Below, one piece after another: positions 12,660 to 25,134 of a stretch of DNA of 64,000 nucleotides. The first letter of the stretch is position 1; every line of letters begins with the position of its first letter. The DNA is from Malacoraja senta (taxonomy: Eukaryota). Under the pieces are notes generated by a model. That model did not search any database and was not told the origin of the DNA. It worked only from the letters and a program-made list of their open reading frames with translations. Where the stretch lies: positions 62,001 to 126,000 of the forward strand of contig CM075995.1 in assembly GCA_038087875.1 (NCBI GenBank), written 5' to 3'. The position numbers and the translations under genes were made by a program.

Positions 12660-12785
12660 TTGTGGATCCATATCATAGAATACACCAAATAGCCCACGTT
12701 TGTCAGGACTGGGAGGAATATGACCGAAGAAGTCTGATCCCTGAATTTTATTCTCCCAGAATCTATATGGGAACTGTAAGGCGAT
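12660..12785 (-). CDS. KDM1B: KDM1B exon, IALQFPYRFWENKIQGSDFFGHIPPSPDKRGLFGVFYDMDPQ
   Basis: Matches LSD2; cttcag acceptor, GTGAGT donor; 126 nt. Confidence 0.97.
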
Positions 12786-13923
12786 CTGAAGGGTTAAAAG
12801 TGCACGGGTTTAGAGGATTCAATATTTGCATATTGATATTATCTAATATTTAGGAAGAGTGACAATTTAACATTCAACAAAACAATCATGGGTCATATCG
12901 TAAATGTATTTAGAACAAAATTTAAATTGAAAACCTTTAAAAATATACAAATCTCAATGCTTTACCTCAATGGCTGAATTGGAATGTGGAACAGAGAGAA
13001 TAATTACTAAAACATCTCAATGCGTTCTTTGTGAAGCTCTCTGCCATTTAATAATGCATTTGCACACTGCAGCCTTTTCACTATTAACATTGATCTTCAC
13101 ATTCTTTAAGCCATTTGTCAGTCCAGTCACGCAACGGTTACTTACAATCAATGTTAACCTTGTTTACCACGCTACATACAATTACTTCCATGCGTCTCGT
13201 CATGCGCCCACATTTTGCCTATTTTATATCTTCCTATTTCTCAACTTTTCTGCACTGCAAAGCTTTTCATTTATCTCTGCACCATGTTTCCTCTATCATT
13301 CCATACAGGTTCCCATTGCTGAAAGCAAGCTGGAGCCCTCTCCAAAGTTATAGTTGTAATGAATAACCTCAAGCAGGGCAGTACAAGAGTTACTAAGCCC
13401 ACGTTACATTCATGGTTGGATGCAGTTACCGTTCAAGCATGACTTAGAAGCCCTTAAATTATTCAACACTAGGAATATTGCAATTAGGTTTCTCCAGTTT
13501 CACAGAAAAATAATATTGACATTCAAACAGCTCAACTGACCACTTAAGAGCACAAGCCTACCCTCTTGTACCTTTGTCTACAGCCAAACAAGTTGGTAAG
13601 ACAGCAGTGATCCAAAATGAACAGATGTTCATTGCAGAATGTAATTCGTGCCTTGTAACGTCTTCTCTAACCACATATTAGGTCAAGGCCATTCTAAATC
13701 ATAACTCATTATTGCAATCACAAACACAGGGAAACAAGCTTGCAATTGGTTCAAGTTCACACTTTTTTGGGGAGTATTTGACATTTAAGCTAAATTTGAT
13801 GAAACAGTAAGTTGAATTTTTAAGTAACTGAGAATACTCAACTTTGTTACTATTTAATTGTTAGTATTTTTTCCATTTCTTTTTCTGCACAGACTATACC
13901 AGATTTAATAACATTATATTTAC

Positions 13924-14040
13924 CTTTTCAATTACCCCTTGGCCTAGACTGTTGATGGCTTTAATTTTTCTTTCAGACAGATGTGGATAAAATTGAATAG
14001 TGTTTTTCTGAAGTAATGTTAAAGGAACAGTAACCAGAAC
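13924..14040 (-). CDS. KDM1B: KDM1B exon, VLVTVPLTLLQKNTIQFYPHLSERKIKAINSLGQGVIEK (ends in the catalytic Lys, human K661)
   Basis: VLVTVPL..LQK..IQF.P.LSE.K.KAINSLG.G.IEK; 117 nt. Confidence 0.96.
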
Positions 14041-14765
14041 CTGCAAGAGACCATCGAACAATCATCAATTAATTGCTTGGGACATAGTATGCCATTTGGA
14101 CATTTAAGTCTGATGTTCATATTCTAGCAGTTTCAAAGATCAACCATGCTTTTTCCTTGCATCTGCACAACTCACACGTTGCATCTGCACAACTCACACG
14201 TTGATGTCTGTTCTGAGAAACAAATCTCAAAAACACTTCTCAAAAGTTAAATCGTGCACATGATGAAACTCAAAAGGCAGATCAATCTGGCCGGGCTTCT
14301 TTTCTTACACGCAGAAAGATCTGAGAGGGCAGACCACAGTTGATATTTCCGCATCTGGGAAACCAAATAAGAGGACAACTAATGTGCTACAATCACATAT
14401 CAATTTAGTTGGGTAATTTAGGAGAAGCATTTACGTCAGAACCTGGCGAGAAGTTTAAAGTCAAGGTGCTTAGAAAAGTATTGAGTGGCAGGATGCCAAA
14501 ACACACCTTGACATGCTAAATCGGCAGCATTACACTACACCGTGCCACTCCACTGATTCCTTCCCAAGGATACAAGTTAGGATGATTACATTGCTTGCCT
14601 CTAACTTGGTGCAATAATAAAATGGACGACTGGAATTTTATAACAAATTTGTTTCCTCTCTTTTCACTCATTGGTCAATTTCTTGACTACAGCAGCATTA
14701 ATTAACGTTCCCGTTTAGTTAATGCACACATTGAACCTAATTGCAAAACAAACTGTGAAGTTTAC

Positions 14766-14840
14766 CTTCTGTGTCATCCATAATGTTCCGTTAGCTGTTC
14801 CGATACAAATGTCATCACCTGAGTAGTTTATGGACACAAC
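14766..14840 (-). CDS. KDM1B: KDM1B exon, VVSINYSGDDICIGTANGTLWMTQK
   Basis: Equivalent to human VQCIDYSGDEVQVTTTDGTGYSAQK; tttgtag acceptor, GTAAAC donor; 75 nt. Confidence 0.93.
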
Positions 14841-15435
14841 CTACAAAGATGAAAACATTAAGAAACTTTTATAAGCAACTTATTATAATGTTCATTTGCA
14901 TCCACTTGAAATGAAAGATATTTTACATAAACTTTGATCTTGATGTTTTAAAGGAAAAAAGATAAACATATGAATAAAAGTAAAAATACATTAACTTAAT
15001 GTCTTGTGCTGCACCATCTTCCACTAAATTTAGTAAAAAGCTGCTTTTTTCAATACTATTAGTTTTCACTCCAATGCAGTTTGGTCACTGGCACGCAACA
15101 GTTCACGTATTTTGATCTATTTATGAATTACTAAAACGATCCAAATTAAATACATTTTCACAGAAAGAACTACAATATTCTACCCACTTAAGATTCAAAG
15201 ATCAGCCATTGTTGACATTTTAAAATGACTTGCTCTTATGTAAATAACCATTTTAATGCAATATTTTAACACAGTAAGATACAACTCTGACAAACCAAAT
15301 GCCACAGATTATTAAGCAACCATGTCTGATGTACATAAATCCTGTTGTTAGCATTATCACTGTAATAAATTGCTTTGGAATTTACTGGCTTGATTTATAA
15401 AAAATAAAGGCTGCTACATACGATCCTAAACTTAC

Positions 15436-15567
15436 TGGCATATTGAGTCGTATATCCAGTGCATCCCCTAGTTTACTGATGATGGATGAGTAACCTGATG
15501 TAAACAGTGTATGATCACCTGCAAATTGGGCAAAGAACTCATTGTGGTCCCATGAACGAGCAGACAC
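15436..15567 (-). CDS. KDM1B: KDM1B exon, VSARSWDHNEFFAQFAGDHTLFTSGYSSIISKLGDALDIRLNMP
   Basis: SARSWDHNEFFAQFAGDHTL as in LSD2; 132 nt; GTAAGT donor. Confidence 0.97.
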
Positions 15568-15910
15568 CTACAGCACAAAACACAATTACAAGTAGAAAAA
15601 TATTTGTACATCCAATTGCACCTTAATGAGAGAAAGCCACAACACCACAGCTCCAGTATTGATGACTTTTCCTCGCCCTTGACAGGCAAGCAATTAATCT
15701 GGACCCTCTCCCAACTTCATTCTTAATGCAAGCAGTGTTACAATCAAGAAAATTGCTTAAAGCTCTTCAAAAAAACATGTCAGACGTTTGGTTAAAAACC
15801 TTAAAGTATGGCTTGTAACCCAATTGGTATTCCTGCAAACAGACAAATGGTTACAGCAAATTACCCAGCAGGTTAATAAAAACAAAAAGACATAAAGTCA
15901 AAGCCCCCGG

Positions 15911-16781
15911 TGGGCGGCGCGACTCTCGTCAGCAGCGGCCTCTGCAGTCCGTCTGTCTTTTTATTATTTTTGTCTCGTTTTTATGTAGTTTTTTATTATT
16001 TTTTTTGTCGGGGTATGTGTGTGGGGGTGGGGGGGGGGGGAAACTTTGAAATCTTTCCCCTGCACGGGAGACCCGACCTTTTCTTTGTCGGGTCTCCGTT
16101 GTCGTTGGGGCTGGGCAACGTGGAGCGGCCTCCAGCAGGAACGACCTGGGGCTCCAGTTGCGGAGCTGCGGACTACTCACCGTCACGGGGCTGGCCGAGT
16201 CCGGAGCGGGTGGAGCTGTGGTGGAGCGCTGCTGCGACCCGACCGCCGGAGATTCGGAGGCTACAACCGCGTGTCTGGCGGACGGCAACACTGGAAGCCC
16301 GCGGGTCCCCTGGTGGGAGACCGCTTTTCGGGGCTTCCGCAGCGGCGACTTCTCCCGCCCGAGTTGCGGGGTTGAAGAGCACCTGGAGCGGGGCTTTATC
16401 CCCCCGCGCGGCTTGGAGTGGCCGCCGAACTTTGCGGGCGCGCGCCGGGGCTCTAACACCAAGACCCGGTGCGCGACCTTGCATCACCCGGCGTGGCTTT
16501 AATGGCCGCGGGATAATCACCATCGCCCGCCGGGGGCTTTGACTTTGACTCTGACATCGGGGGGGAAGAGTGCAGTGGAGAGACACGTTTTTTTTGGCCT
16601 TCCATCACAACGTTGTGATGGATGTATGTGTAAATTGTGTTGTGTCTCGGGTCTTCTTCGTTTTGTATTGTATGACTGCAGAAACGGCATTTCGTTTGGA
16701 CCTCAAGGGGTCCAAATGACAAATTTGTCCAAAAGACAAAAAGACAAATAAATTGAATTGAATTGAATTGAATTGAATTGA
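15911..16781 (+). mobile_element. CpG-rich non-autonomous retroelement family, copy 2
   Basis: Shared head, poly-G run and gccttccatcaca...gatggatg block; (attga)n tail. Confidence 0.7.
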
Positions 16782-17179
16782 GTGACATGGCGCGTCAGGC
16801 AGCATCCTTGGAGAACATGGATAGGTGACATTTTGTGTCGAGACCCTTCTTCAGACTGATTGTAGGGGGGATGGGGAGGGCGAGAAGAAAGCTGGAAAAG
16901 GGTAGAGGGAGGACAAAGTGTGGCATGTAATAGGTCGACATTGGCAAGGGGGGCAGATGGTTGTAACAAAGGTCAGAGATAAGAAGGGAGGGAAGGAGTG
17001 AGACAGTTTTGAAAACTTGCGGATTGTAAGGCCAGAGGGAAGAAAGTGGCAGGAGGCGAAGGGGGGGGGGGGGTGAGTGGAGGGGAAATAGGTGGGAATC
17101 TAGGTGAGTCATGAGCGGTTACCTAAAATTGGAGAATTCAATGGAGGCGGCCCAGGACAGAAAAGTCCGTGTGGCAATG

Positions 17180-17700
17180 ACTCTACGGCCATCGTAGAGT
17201 CTGTCCTCACTTGCTCCATCATGGTCTGGTTTGGCTCAGCCACCAAGCACGACATCCGGAGGCTGCAGCGAATCGTCCGATCAGCTGAGAAGGATATTGG
17301 CTGCAACCTTCCCTCCATTGATGAACTGTACACTGTAAGGGCCAGGATGCGAGCGGGTAAGATCATCTCTAACCCCTCTCACCCTGGCCACAAACTCTTT
17401 GAATCACTTCCCTCTGGAAGGCGACTCCGGACTATCAAAGCTGCCACAACCAGACATAAAAACAGCTTTTCTTCCACAAGTAGTAGCTCTACTCAATAAC
17501 CAAAAATCTGTAGCCTCCTTTTGCTTTGGTATTTTATTTAATGCACATGCTTAATCAATAATGTTTTATTAGTAATGTTTTATGTTTTATGTGTCATTCC
17601 TAACTGTCACTGTATGTCGTTGTCATTTGCGGGCGAGTACCAAGGCGAATTCCTTGTATGTGAATACTTGGCCAATAAACTTATTATTTCATTCATTCAG
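17180..17700 (+). mobile_element. Rex1/Babar-like LINE 3' end
   Basis: ESVLTCSIMVWFGS...LQRIVRSAEK.IG..LPS....Y...HPGH.LF..LPSGRR; aataaa followed by (ttca)n tail. Confidence 0.85.
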
Positions 17701-18080
17701 AAAGGGAGTTAAAATCGTCAGCAACCAGGAGATCCAATATGGCTTGGTAGACCAAGTACAAGTGTTCAGTGAAATGATCATCGAGTCCACGCTTAGTCTC
17801 TCCGACGTACAATACAGACAAGTATGCATGAATTACTTATCTTTTTGTATTGAATTTGTTGAACTAATCAATACTGTCAATGACCACTGTAAACACTAAA
17901 ACCGCATGCCCAGAACCTGGTGGCACAAGAGAGTGCAATTGCTGCAATTTGTAACAATTCACAACTGTGTGGCCAAATTCTGATCGAATCATTTACAATT
18001 TTGCAGATGACACCTCTGAAGTGGGCAGGATCTCGATCAATGACAGGAAGGAGACATGGTGTGAACATAACAACCTCTCT

Positions 18081-18147
18081 GGCCCCATAGCAGAAGCGTC
18101 CACGTCGCGGGGCTGGTAACTGGACGTATCCTGAGCTAATTCTGCTA
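18081..18147 (+). ncRNA. HDV-like self-cleaving ribozyme
   Basis: Manual fold: P1 GGCCCC/GGGGCU with G1.U wobble, P2 UAGCAGAA/UUCUGCUA, P3 GCG/CGC, L3 UCCACGU, P1.1 CC/GG, short P4 GGA-CGUA-UCC, J4/2 CUAA. Confidence 0.85.
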
Positions 18148-18269
18148 CCACCATCATCTACTGCGACAAGTGATGGCTTCCACTGATTGTCGCCGGAAGC
18201 TTGCGTCCTTTTCAGGACGGACGATGACAGCGAGATCAACATTTGTAACAGGATGGACACGAAAAGAAG
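18081..18269 (+). mobile_element. Short non-autonomous retroelement (ribozyme-headed, Ingi-like tail)
   Basis: 12-bp TSD aacaacctctct at 18069-18080 and 18270-18281; ends ACGAAAAGAAG(A); interrupts a Rex1-like RT fragment. Confidence 0.75.
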
Positions 18270-18409
18270 AACAACCTCTCTCAATGACAGCAAGACAAAG
18301 AAGCTAATTATTGACGTCAGAAAGCGAGGTGGATTACATGCCCCAGTCAGCAACAAATCTGCCAGTGGAGATACTCCTGAACTTCAAGTTTCTAGACAGA
18401 CAGACATCC

Positions 18410-18740
18410 TAGAGAGGATGCTTCCACATGGGAGGGTCTAGGACTAGAGGTCATAGCCTCAGAATTAAAGAATCTTCTTTCAGAAAGGAGATGAGGAATT
18501 TCTTTAGTCAGAGGGTGATGAATCTGTGGAATTATTTGCCACAGAAGGCTGTGAAGGCAAAGTCAGCGGATATATTTAAGCCAGCGATAAATAGATTTTT
18601 GATTAGTACAGGTGTCAGAGATTATGGGGAGACGGCAGGAGAATGGGGTTAGGAGGGAGAGATAGATCAGCCATGATTGAATGGCGGAGTAGACTTGATC
18701 GGAGCAGAATTAGGCCATTCGGCCGATCACTTATGATCTT
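18410..18740 (+). mobile_element. CR1 3' fragment
   Basis: SRTRGHSLRIK...FFSQRVMNLWN.LPQ. Confidence 0.85.
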
Positions 18741-19559
18741 ATAAAAAACATCAATGGAAAGTAAAAGGAAGGGTGGAATGGGTGACAAGAGAAATCTAAC
18801 AGCATTATCCGCACAAGGCTTACTTTGCACTTGTTTTTCCACCCCAGTCATTCCTTCTCCCCCCCCCCCCCCCACCTCTTCTGTTGGGCGGGGGGGGTGG
18901 AGCAGGAATGTACCACTAGATTCAGGAACAGCTTCTACCCTGCTGTTATCAGACTATCGAATGGTCCTCTGATAAATTAGGGTGTAGTCCTCATTGCGAA
19001 CTTTGAACATTTTCTCTGTAACATTGCAGCCCTTGCACTTTAAAAAAAATCTGCACCTTCTCTGTAGCTGGAACACTATATATTTTCCACTGATTCTTTT
19101 TTTCTTCACCCTATCTATAGTACATGTGGATGGCTTGATTGTACTCATGCACAGTATGATTGGACTGGCTAGCTCGCAAATAAATATTTTAATTGTATCT
19201 TGGTACACATGACAATAATAAAGAAAAACAGAAAAAGGAGAGCTCCTGGAGTAACTCAACAGGTCAGCGAGCATCTCTGGAGAACATGGATTGGTGAAGT
19301 TTCGGGTCGAGATCCTTCTCCAGAGATGCTGCCTGACCTGCTGAGTTACTCCAGCACTTTGTGTCCTTAAGCGAGATAGCAACAGAGACTGCCCAGAATG
19401 TGTAGAAAAGAACTGCAGATGCTGGTTTAAATCGTAGGTAGATCCCAAAAGGCTGTAGTAACTCAGTGGGACAGGCAGCATCTCTGGAGAGAAGGGACTG
19501 CCCAGAACCTGCTTGTTGGTCAGTGTTCTGGCGAGTTTGCCCTCGACTCATACTCGCAG

Positions 19560-20038
19560 CATGGTCGACACGAGGTCCTAGGAGGTCTTTGTAACTCTCC
19601 TTCATGCTCGTGGGTAGTCCCCGCGTACTCGAGGCCTCAGGTAGGTCGCGGTGTATTTTTCAACATGTTGAAAAATGCCCGGGAGTAAAAAAAGGTCGCC
19701 ATGGAAAAAAAATTGATACTTTTTTTACTCGTAGGTTTAGTCGAAGTAGGTCATAGTAGGTCGGCATGTTATTCGTAGGTAATCGAGAGTAGTCGAAGGT
19801 AATCATAGATAGTCTTCAACATAGTTGAAGGGAGGTCGAAGGAGATCGAACGAAGGAGGTCGTCTTCACTCTCCACTATTCGGAGTCCAATTTTCCCAAA
19901 GCTAGTCGAAGCTAGTCTTCAACATAGGCGAAGGAGGTCGAAGGAGGTCTTCTACATAGTCGAAGGAGGTCTTCAACATGACATTTTTTCAAACTCTTCT
20001 AAACTCGCCAATTATGTCGCCCATGTGGGACAGCCCCT
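19560..20038. mobile_element. Truncated Harbinger-like MITE with internal (agtcgaagg)-type repeats
   Basis: Ends gtgggacagcccct|taa, the same terminus type as 55081-55586. Confidence 0.6.
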
Positions 20039-20214
20039 TAACAACTCTTATAATATCTAGTTCAAATAATGTTAATGTATTAAAGGAGACATTGATAGAA
20101 ACATAGGAAGAATAGTCATTTTCATGCCACGTAGCAAAACAGTTCACAAAGAAGTGTTGTCCAATACTGATCATATTTTTGACAATATTTAGAAGATTCA
20201 TGTTAGTTTCTTAC

Positions 20215-20342
20215 CTGCTGCAAATTACTGCCACAGGCATATTCAAGATTGCCAAGATGAAACTGTAGCACTTTGACTTCTAGATCACTAAACTGGACGC
20301 CAGACTCTTGGCTAAAAGCTTTGTAGATCTCTTCAATCTTTT
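20215..20342 (-). CDS. KDM1B: KDM1B exon, (E)KIEEIYKAFSQESGVQFSDLEVKVLQFHLGNLEYACGSNLQQ
   Basis: LQFHL.NLEYACGSNL motif; GTAAGA donor; 128 nt. Confidence 0.96.
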
Positions 20343-21273
20343 CTGCATAGAGAAAACTTACAATCAGTCACACCCCACCTCGCACACCTTGAAGGGATTA
20401 ATTTGAATTACAGCAATAAGCTACTTTCAATGAACTGATAAGGGTACCATGAATGAATGAATACTTTATTGTCACATGTGACAAGTCACAGTGAAATTCT
20501 TTGCTTGCACACCCAAGGTATGCAAATAGTCGCCACATAAAGGGCGCTGAAAAAGTTACATAGTATCCCGCTCCAGGTCCACCTTTGTTCTTTGCCCCAC
20601 ACCTCCACCCATGGCAGTCTCTCCACACCTTTGTTCTTCCCCCACTCCCTCAGACCAGTAACGAAATGAATGCCAATTTCCTTTCAAAATCTGAGTAACA
20701 AAGCTCAAAATATAATGATGGTAAAGCACTGATGAGAGGCCAGGGGTTCAAATCAATGTTTTGAACTATTGGGCCGTTATATTTATCAATGGATCAAAAA
20801 AAAATGTTGAGTGGGAAGAGAAATGAAAGGTCAGACTATATCTCGGTCAAGTTTCCGGTTTGGACTTGAGACAATATATACATGCACAGACATTCACAAA
20901 GGCACTACACAGTTGTTGGGGTGGTGGTGTTACGTCTGTTTCATGGATTTAGGTGAAGCTATTACCCAGCTTTAAGCCTCTGGTTCAGAATGCAATATTT
21001 GTCCTCCCAATAAACAGCGAGCTTAACAAAGTTGATGCAGCACCGCCACAGGCAGTGGATGCAGAACTTGCATGGTTAGCTTAATAAGGACTTTCACAAG
21101 AATTTATCAACTAAGGATAGAGGTCAGGAAGCAAGCACAGATACAGATATTGTCAAATATTTATCTCATAAAAGGGCTGAATATGTTCTCCGACCCAGTG
21201 CTTCTCCACCCACAAAATGAACCACCTGAACAATTTTGCTGATCATAGCTTTCATGTGCAATACCAAAAAAGT

Positions 21274-23305
21274 TATAGAGTCATACAACGTGGAAAGAGG
21301 TTCTTTGGCCCAACTTGTCCATGCCGCCCACCATGCCCCATCTACACAAGTCCCACTTGCCTGCTTTTGGGCCATATCCCTCTAAACCAATCCTATCCAT
21401 TTACCTGGCTAAATGTTTCTCTTAAATGTTGTGATAGTACCTGCCTCAACTACCTCATTTGGCAGCTCGTTCCATATACCTACCACCCTTTATGTAAAAA
21501 GGTTGCCTCTTAGGTTCCCATTAAATCTTTCCCCCGTCACCTTAAACCTATGTCCGCTGGTTCTCATTTCCCCATCTCTGGGTAAAATACTCTGCATTGA
21601 GCCTATCTGTTCCTCCCATGATCTTGTGCACCTCTATAAGATCACCCCTCATCCTCCTGTGCTCCAAGGAATAAGTTTCCTAGCCTGCTCAACCTCTCCC
21701 TATAGCTCAGGCCCTCGAATTCTGGCAATATTTTCTGTATCCTTTCCAGCTTAACAACATCTTTCCTGCAACAGGGTGACCGATACTCAACACAATACTC
21801 TAACTGTGGCTTCACCAATGTCTTGTACAACTGTAACTTGACCTCCCAATTTCTGCTCAGACTGATGAAGGCCAAGGTGCTGAAAGCATTCTTGATCATC
21901 CGATCCACTTTTCATGGCTCTTTAAAGGAGCTATGTACCTGAACTCCTATATCCCTCTACAACACTCCCCAAAGCCCTGCCGTTCATTGTGTAGGCCCTG
22001 CCCTGGTTAGACTTCCCAAACACACCACTTCACACTGCTCTATATTAAACTCCATTAACTATGCCACAGACCACTTGCCCAACCGATCAAGATCTTGCTG
22101 CAATTTTTGACAACCATCTACAATGCCACCCATTTTAGTGTCATCTGCAAACGTACTATAATAATTTTACATTCAGTGCAAATATTTGAGAGAAAATAGT
22201 CATGTTCCTGTAAGATAGCATTTATTTCAAGGCTAGAATACAAAAATAGGGATGTAATGCTGAGGCTCTATAAGGTGCTGGTCAGGCCATATTTGGAGTA
22301 TTGTGAGCTATTTTGGGCACCATATCTGAGGATGTGCTGGCTCTGGAATTATTATCTGGAGTCTGGAATTATCCTAGGAATGAGTGGGTGTTTGACGGCA
22401 CTGGGCCTGTACTCGCTGGAGTTTAGAAGGATGAGGAGGGATTGCATTGAAACTCACCGAATAGTGAAAGGATTGGATAGAATAGATTTGGAGACGATGT
22501 TTCTACTAGTGGGAGGGTCTAGGACTAGAGGACATAGCCTCAGAATTAAAGGACGTTCCTTTAGGAAGGAAATGACGAGGAATTTCTTTAGTGGTAAATC
22601 TGTGGAATTATTTGCCACAGAAGGCTGTGGAAGCCAAGTCAATGGATATTTTAAGGCTGAGATAGATAGATTCCTGATTAGTATGGGTGTATGGGGTTAT
22701 AGGGAGAAGGCAGGATAATGGGGTTAAGAGGGATGGATCAGCCATGATTGGAAGGCAGAGGAGTTTTGATAGGCCGAATGCCCTAATTATCCCTATCACT
22801 TATGACCTCATGAGAAAAAGTGATAATAAAAAAAGACACAAAGTGATGGAGTAACTCAACATCTCTGGAGGACCTGGACATGTGGCTTTTTGGTCAGGAG
22901 TCATCTGTCCATGTTCTCCAGAGATGCTGCTTGAAATATAGACAATAGACAATAGGTGCAGGAGTAGGCCATTCGGCCCTTCGAGCAAGCACCGTCATTC
23001 ACTGTGATCGTGGCTGATCAGCCACAATCAGTACCCGTTCCTGCCTTCTCCCCATATCCACTGACTCTGCTATCTTTAAGAGCTCTATCTAACTCTCTCT
23101 TGAAAACATCTAGAGGATTGGCCTCCACTGTCTTCTGAGGCAGAGAATTCCACAGATTCACAACCCTCTGTGTGACAACATTTTTCCTCATCTCCGTTCT
23201 AAATGGCTTACCCCTTATTCTTAAACTGTGGCCCCTGCTTCCCAACATTGGGAACATGTTTCCTGCCGCTAGCGCGTCCAAACCCTTAATAATCTTATAT
23301 GTTGA
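21274..23305. mobile_element. Three CR1 fragments (about 21274-22150 minus, 22218-22810 plus, 22938-23305 minus)
   Basis: LYKTLVKPQLEYC, LYKVLVRPYLEYC, RGHSLRI and QRVVNLWNSLP motifs. Confidence 0.85.
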
Positions 23306-23933
23306 GATACTCTCGCACTTTGTCTCTTTTTGGTAAGCCAGCATCCTTGTGTTCAAAAAATTGTGTTCAAAAAGTTCCTTGTGTCCAAAAATGATAATAA
23401 TCTCCTTTGCATAACATGAAAATGTTAGGTATTCATTTTTTATTTCATTACCTGCATAATTTTGCATTTGGATTATGAAAGTGAGACAGAATACTTCCTT
23501 TCAGAGAGGTGGCAGGATGTAATAATTCCACTGGGTAAAATCTTGGTTACGTGAACAAAGAACGTTGAGCTTTCCACTAAATTTAAATATATGCTTTGTT
23601 GTGTAACGAGGGGCTGGGGCACCAAGACCAGCTACAAAAGTCTAAGGCGAATTATTCCATCTGACGTTACATGTTATGTTATGAATCAACCAATATTCTG
23701 TACATGGATTCTTGTAATTATTATTTTTGGGGCTTCTCCATTTTTCATCTTGTACAATAAAATAAAATCTGTCAAATTTACTCTGATCATATAAAATAGT
23801 TTATAGATGACTTCAAAGCAAATAGCACAATAGCATGCTTTCTTTTCCTTTTGTTGGTTCTTCCAAATTCCAATATCAATAATCTCTTTGAATGCAAACT
23901 AAATTTAAGGAAATCCTAAACTATGTAACCCAC

Positions 23934-24105
23934 CTCCAAGAGGAACATCTTGAAATTGCTTCTTGTCCTTCCTCCAATCTGCCACCACATCCAGCATGGC
24001 ATTGAAATGAAAGTCAATGGACTTGTCAATGGTGGGATCAACCACCCTTCCACCTTCTTCTATTAGGTCACATCTGTCCCCCAGTTTGTGCATTTTGTTT
24101 CCGAG
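23934..24105 (-). CDS. KDM1B: KDM1B exon, LGNKMHKLGDRCDLIEEGGRVVDPTIDKSIDFHFNAMLDVVADWRKDKKQFQDVPLG(E)
   Basis: Matches LSD2; 172 nt, phase 1. Confidence 0.96.
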
Positions 24106-24999
24106 CTGCATCAAAACCATTGCAAACAAGTTGAGCAATGCCTATACAGAATAGATTTACTTTGTGGTATAACAATTAAAATGTCTGCTCATATGAAAAA
24201 CAATGTTACAGTCACTTATAACAATATGACAGCATAGAATATATTTTAAATGTTTATGTACTGATGTAGTTCATTGTTATTTCAAAATGTAGTCAGTTTT
24301 TTCCTCTGTTCATGGATTACTGCAGGATGATATGGAAACTGATGGAGAGTGGGGGGGGTAGGGGAGGCATGGGAGAGAACAGGAGAATGCAGGAGAGAGA
24401 CAACAATTAATTAAACCTATATTGCATCCACAAAATGGTCAACATGATGATTATGGTCTGGGAGGGACTGGTCCACAGTATAATATCCAGACCAATTCAT
24501 ATGTAGTCGCCGGATCGAACTTTACCATAATAGTTTTTTCAATACCCACAACCTAATAGGAATCTTCAAATGGTGTTAAGAAATGAGAATGTCTCTTGTT
24601 TACTGTCAAACATAGTTTATTAGTCCTAAAATTATCCTAAATGAGCACACATTTGCTTTTTGTTTGGAAATTGGAGGATGAGGAGGCGATGGAAAATGTA
24701 ATGTCAAAAATTATTAAAAGGTTGCTGGTAAACTAAACCACATTTCAAAATAGATAAAGTACAAGCAAACATACTAATAGAGCCAATAAAATGAAGGGAA
24801 AGGTTATTGGTAAAAGAAATTAAGAACTTTATATTTTTACAATAATAGTCAATTCTGATAATTTCACCATGTCAGTGTTGACAATGACTTAAGTGAAGTC
24901 TTATTATAATACAAAATTCTCATTTTTATTTTATTTTATGCAATTACAACATAATGAACAATGTAGCCTCAATATTTCTGCTATGAGATAGAAACCCAC

Positions 25000-25134
25000 T
25001 TGCTCACACATTAGTGCTATGGGATTGTTAATGCAGCCATTAACAATTTGTGCTCCTTTTCCCACTGTCACACCAAGAGAGTAGTCATCCCACACACGTC
25101 CTCCAATCCGATCTCTGGCTTCCAGCACCATCAC
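25000..25134 (-). CDS. KDM1B: KDM1B exon, [45 protein letters not shown]
   Basis: Amine-oxidase LEA.DR.GGR motif; 135 nt; AG/GT boundaries. Confidence 0.97.

Noticed and set aside
14159..14203. 22-bp tandem duplication (also a roughly 98-bp-period duplication at 6860-7002)
   Set aside because: Ordinary slippage or repeat-internal duplication with no sign of function
15910..16586. Long overlapping ORFs (up to 210 aa) on both strands in GC-rich repeats (also 40479-41148, 54273-55025, 59301-59891)
   Set aside because: Low stop-codon frequency in GC-rich repeat sequence; no domain motifs and no frame conservation between copies
19730..19980. Repeated agtcgaagg/gtcttcaacat units, superficially array-like
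   Set aside because: Irregular subterminal MITE repeats with no unique spacers; eukaryotic context, not CRISPR
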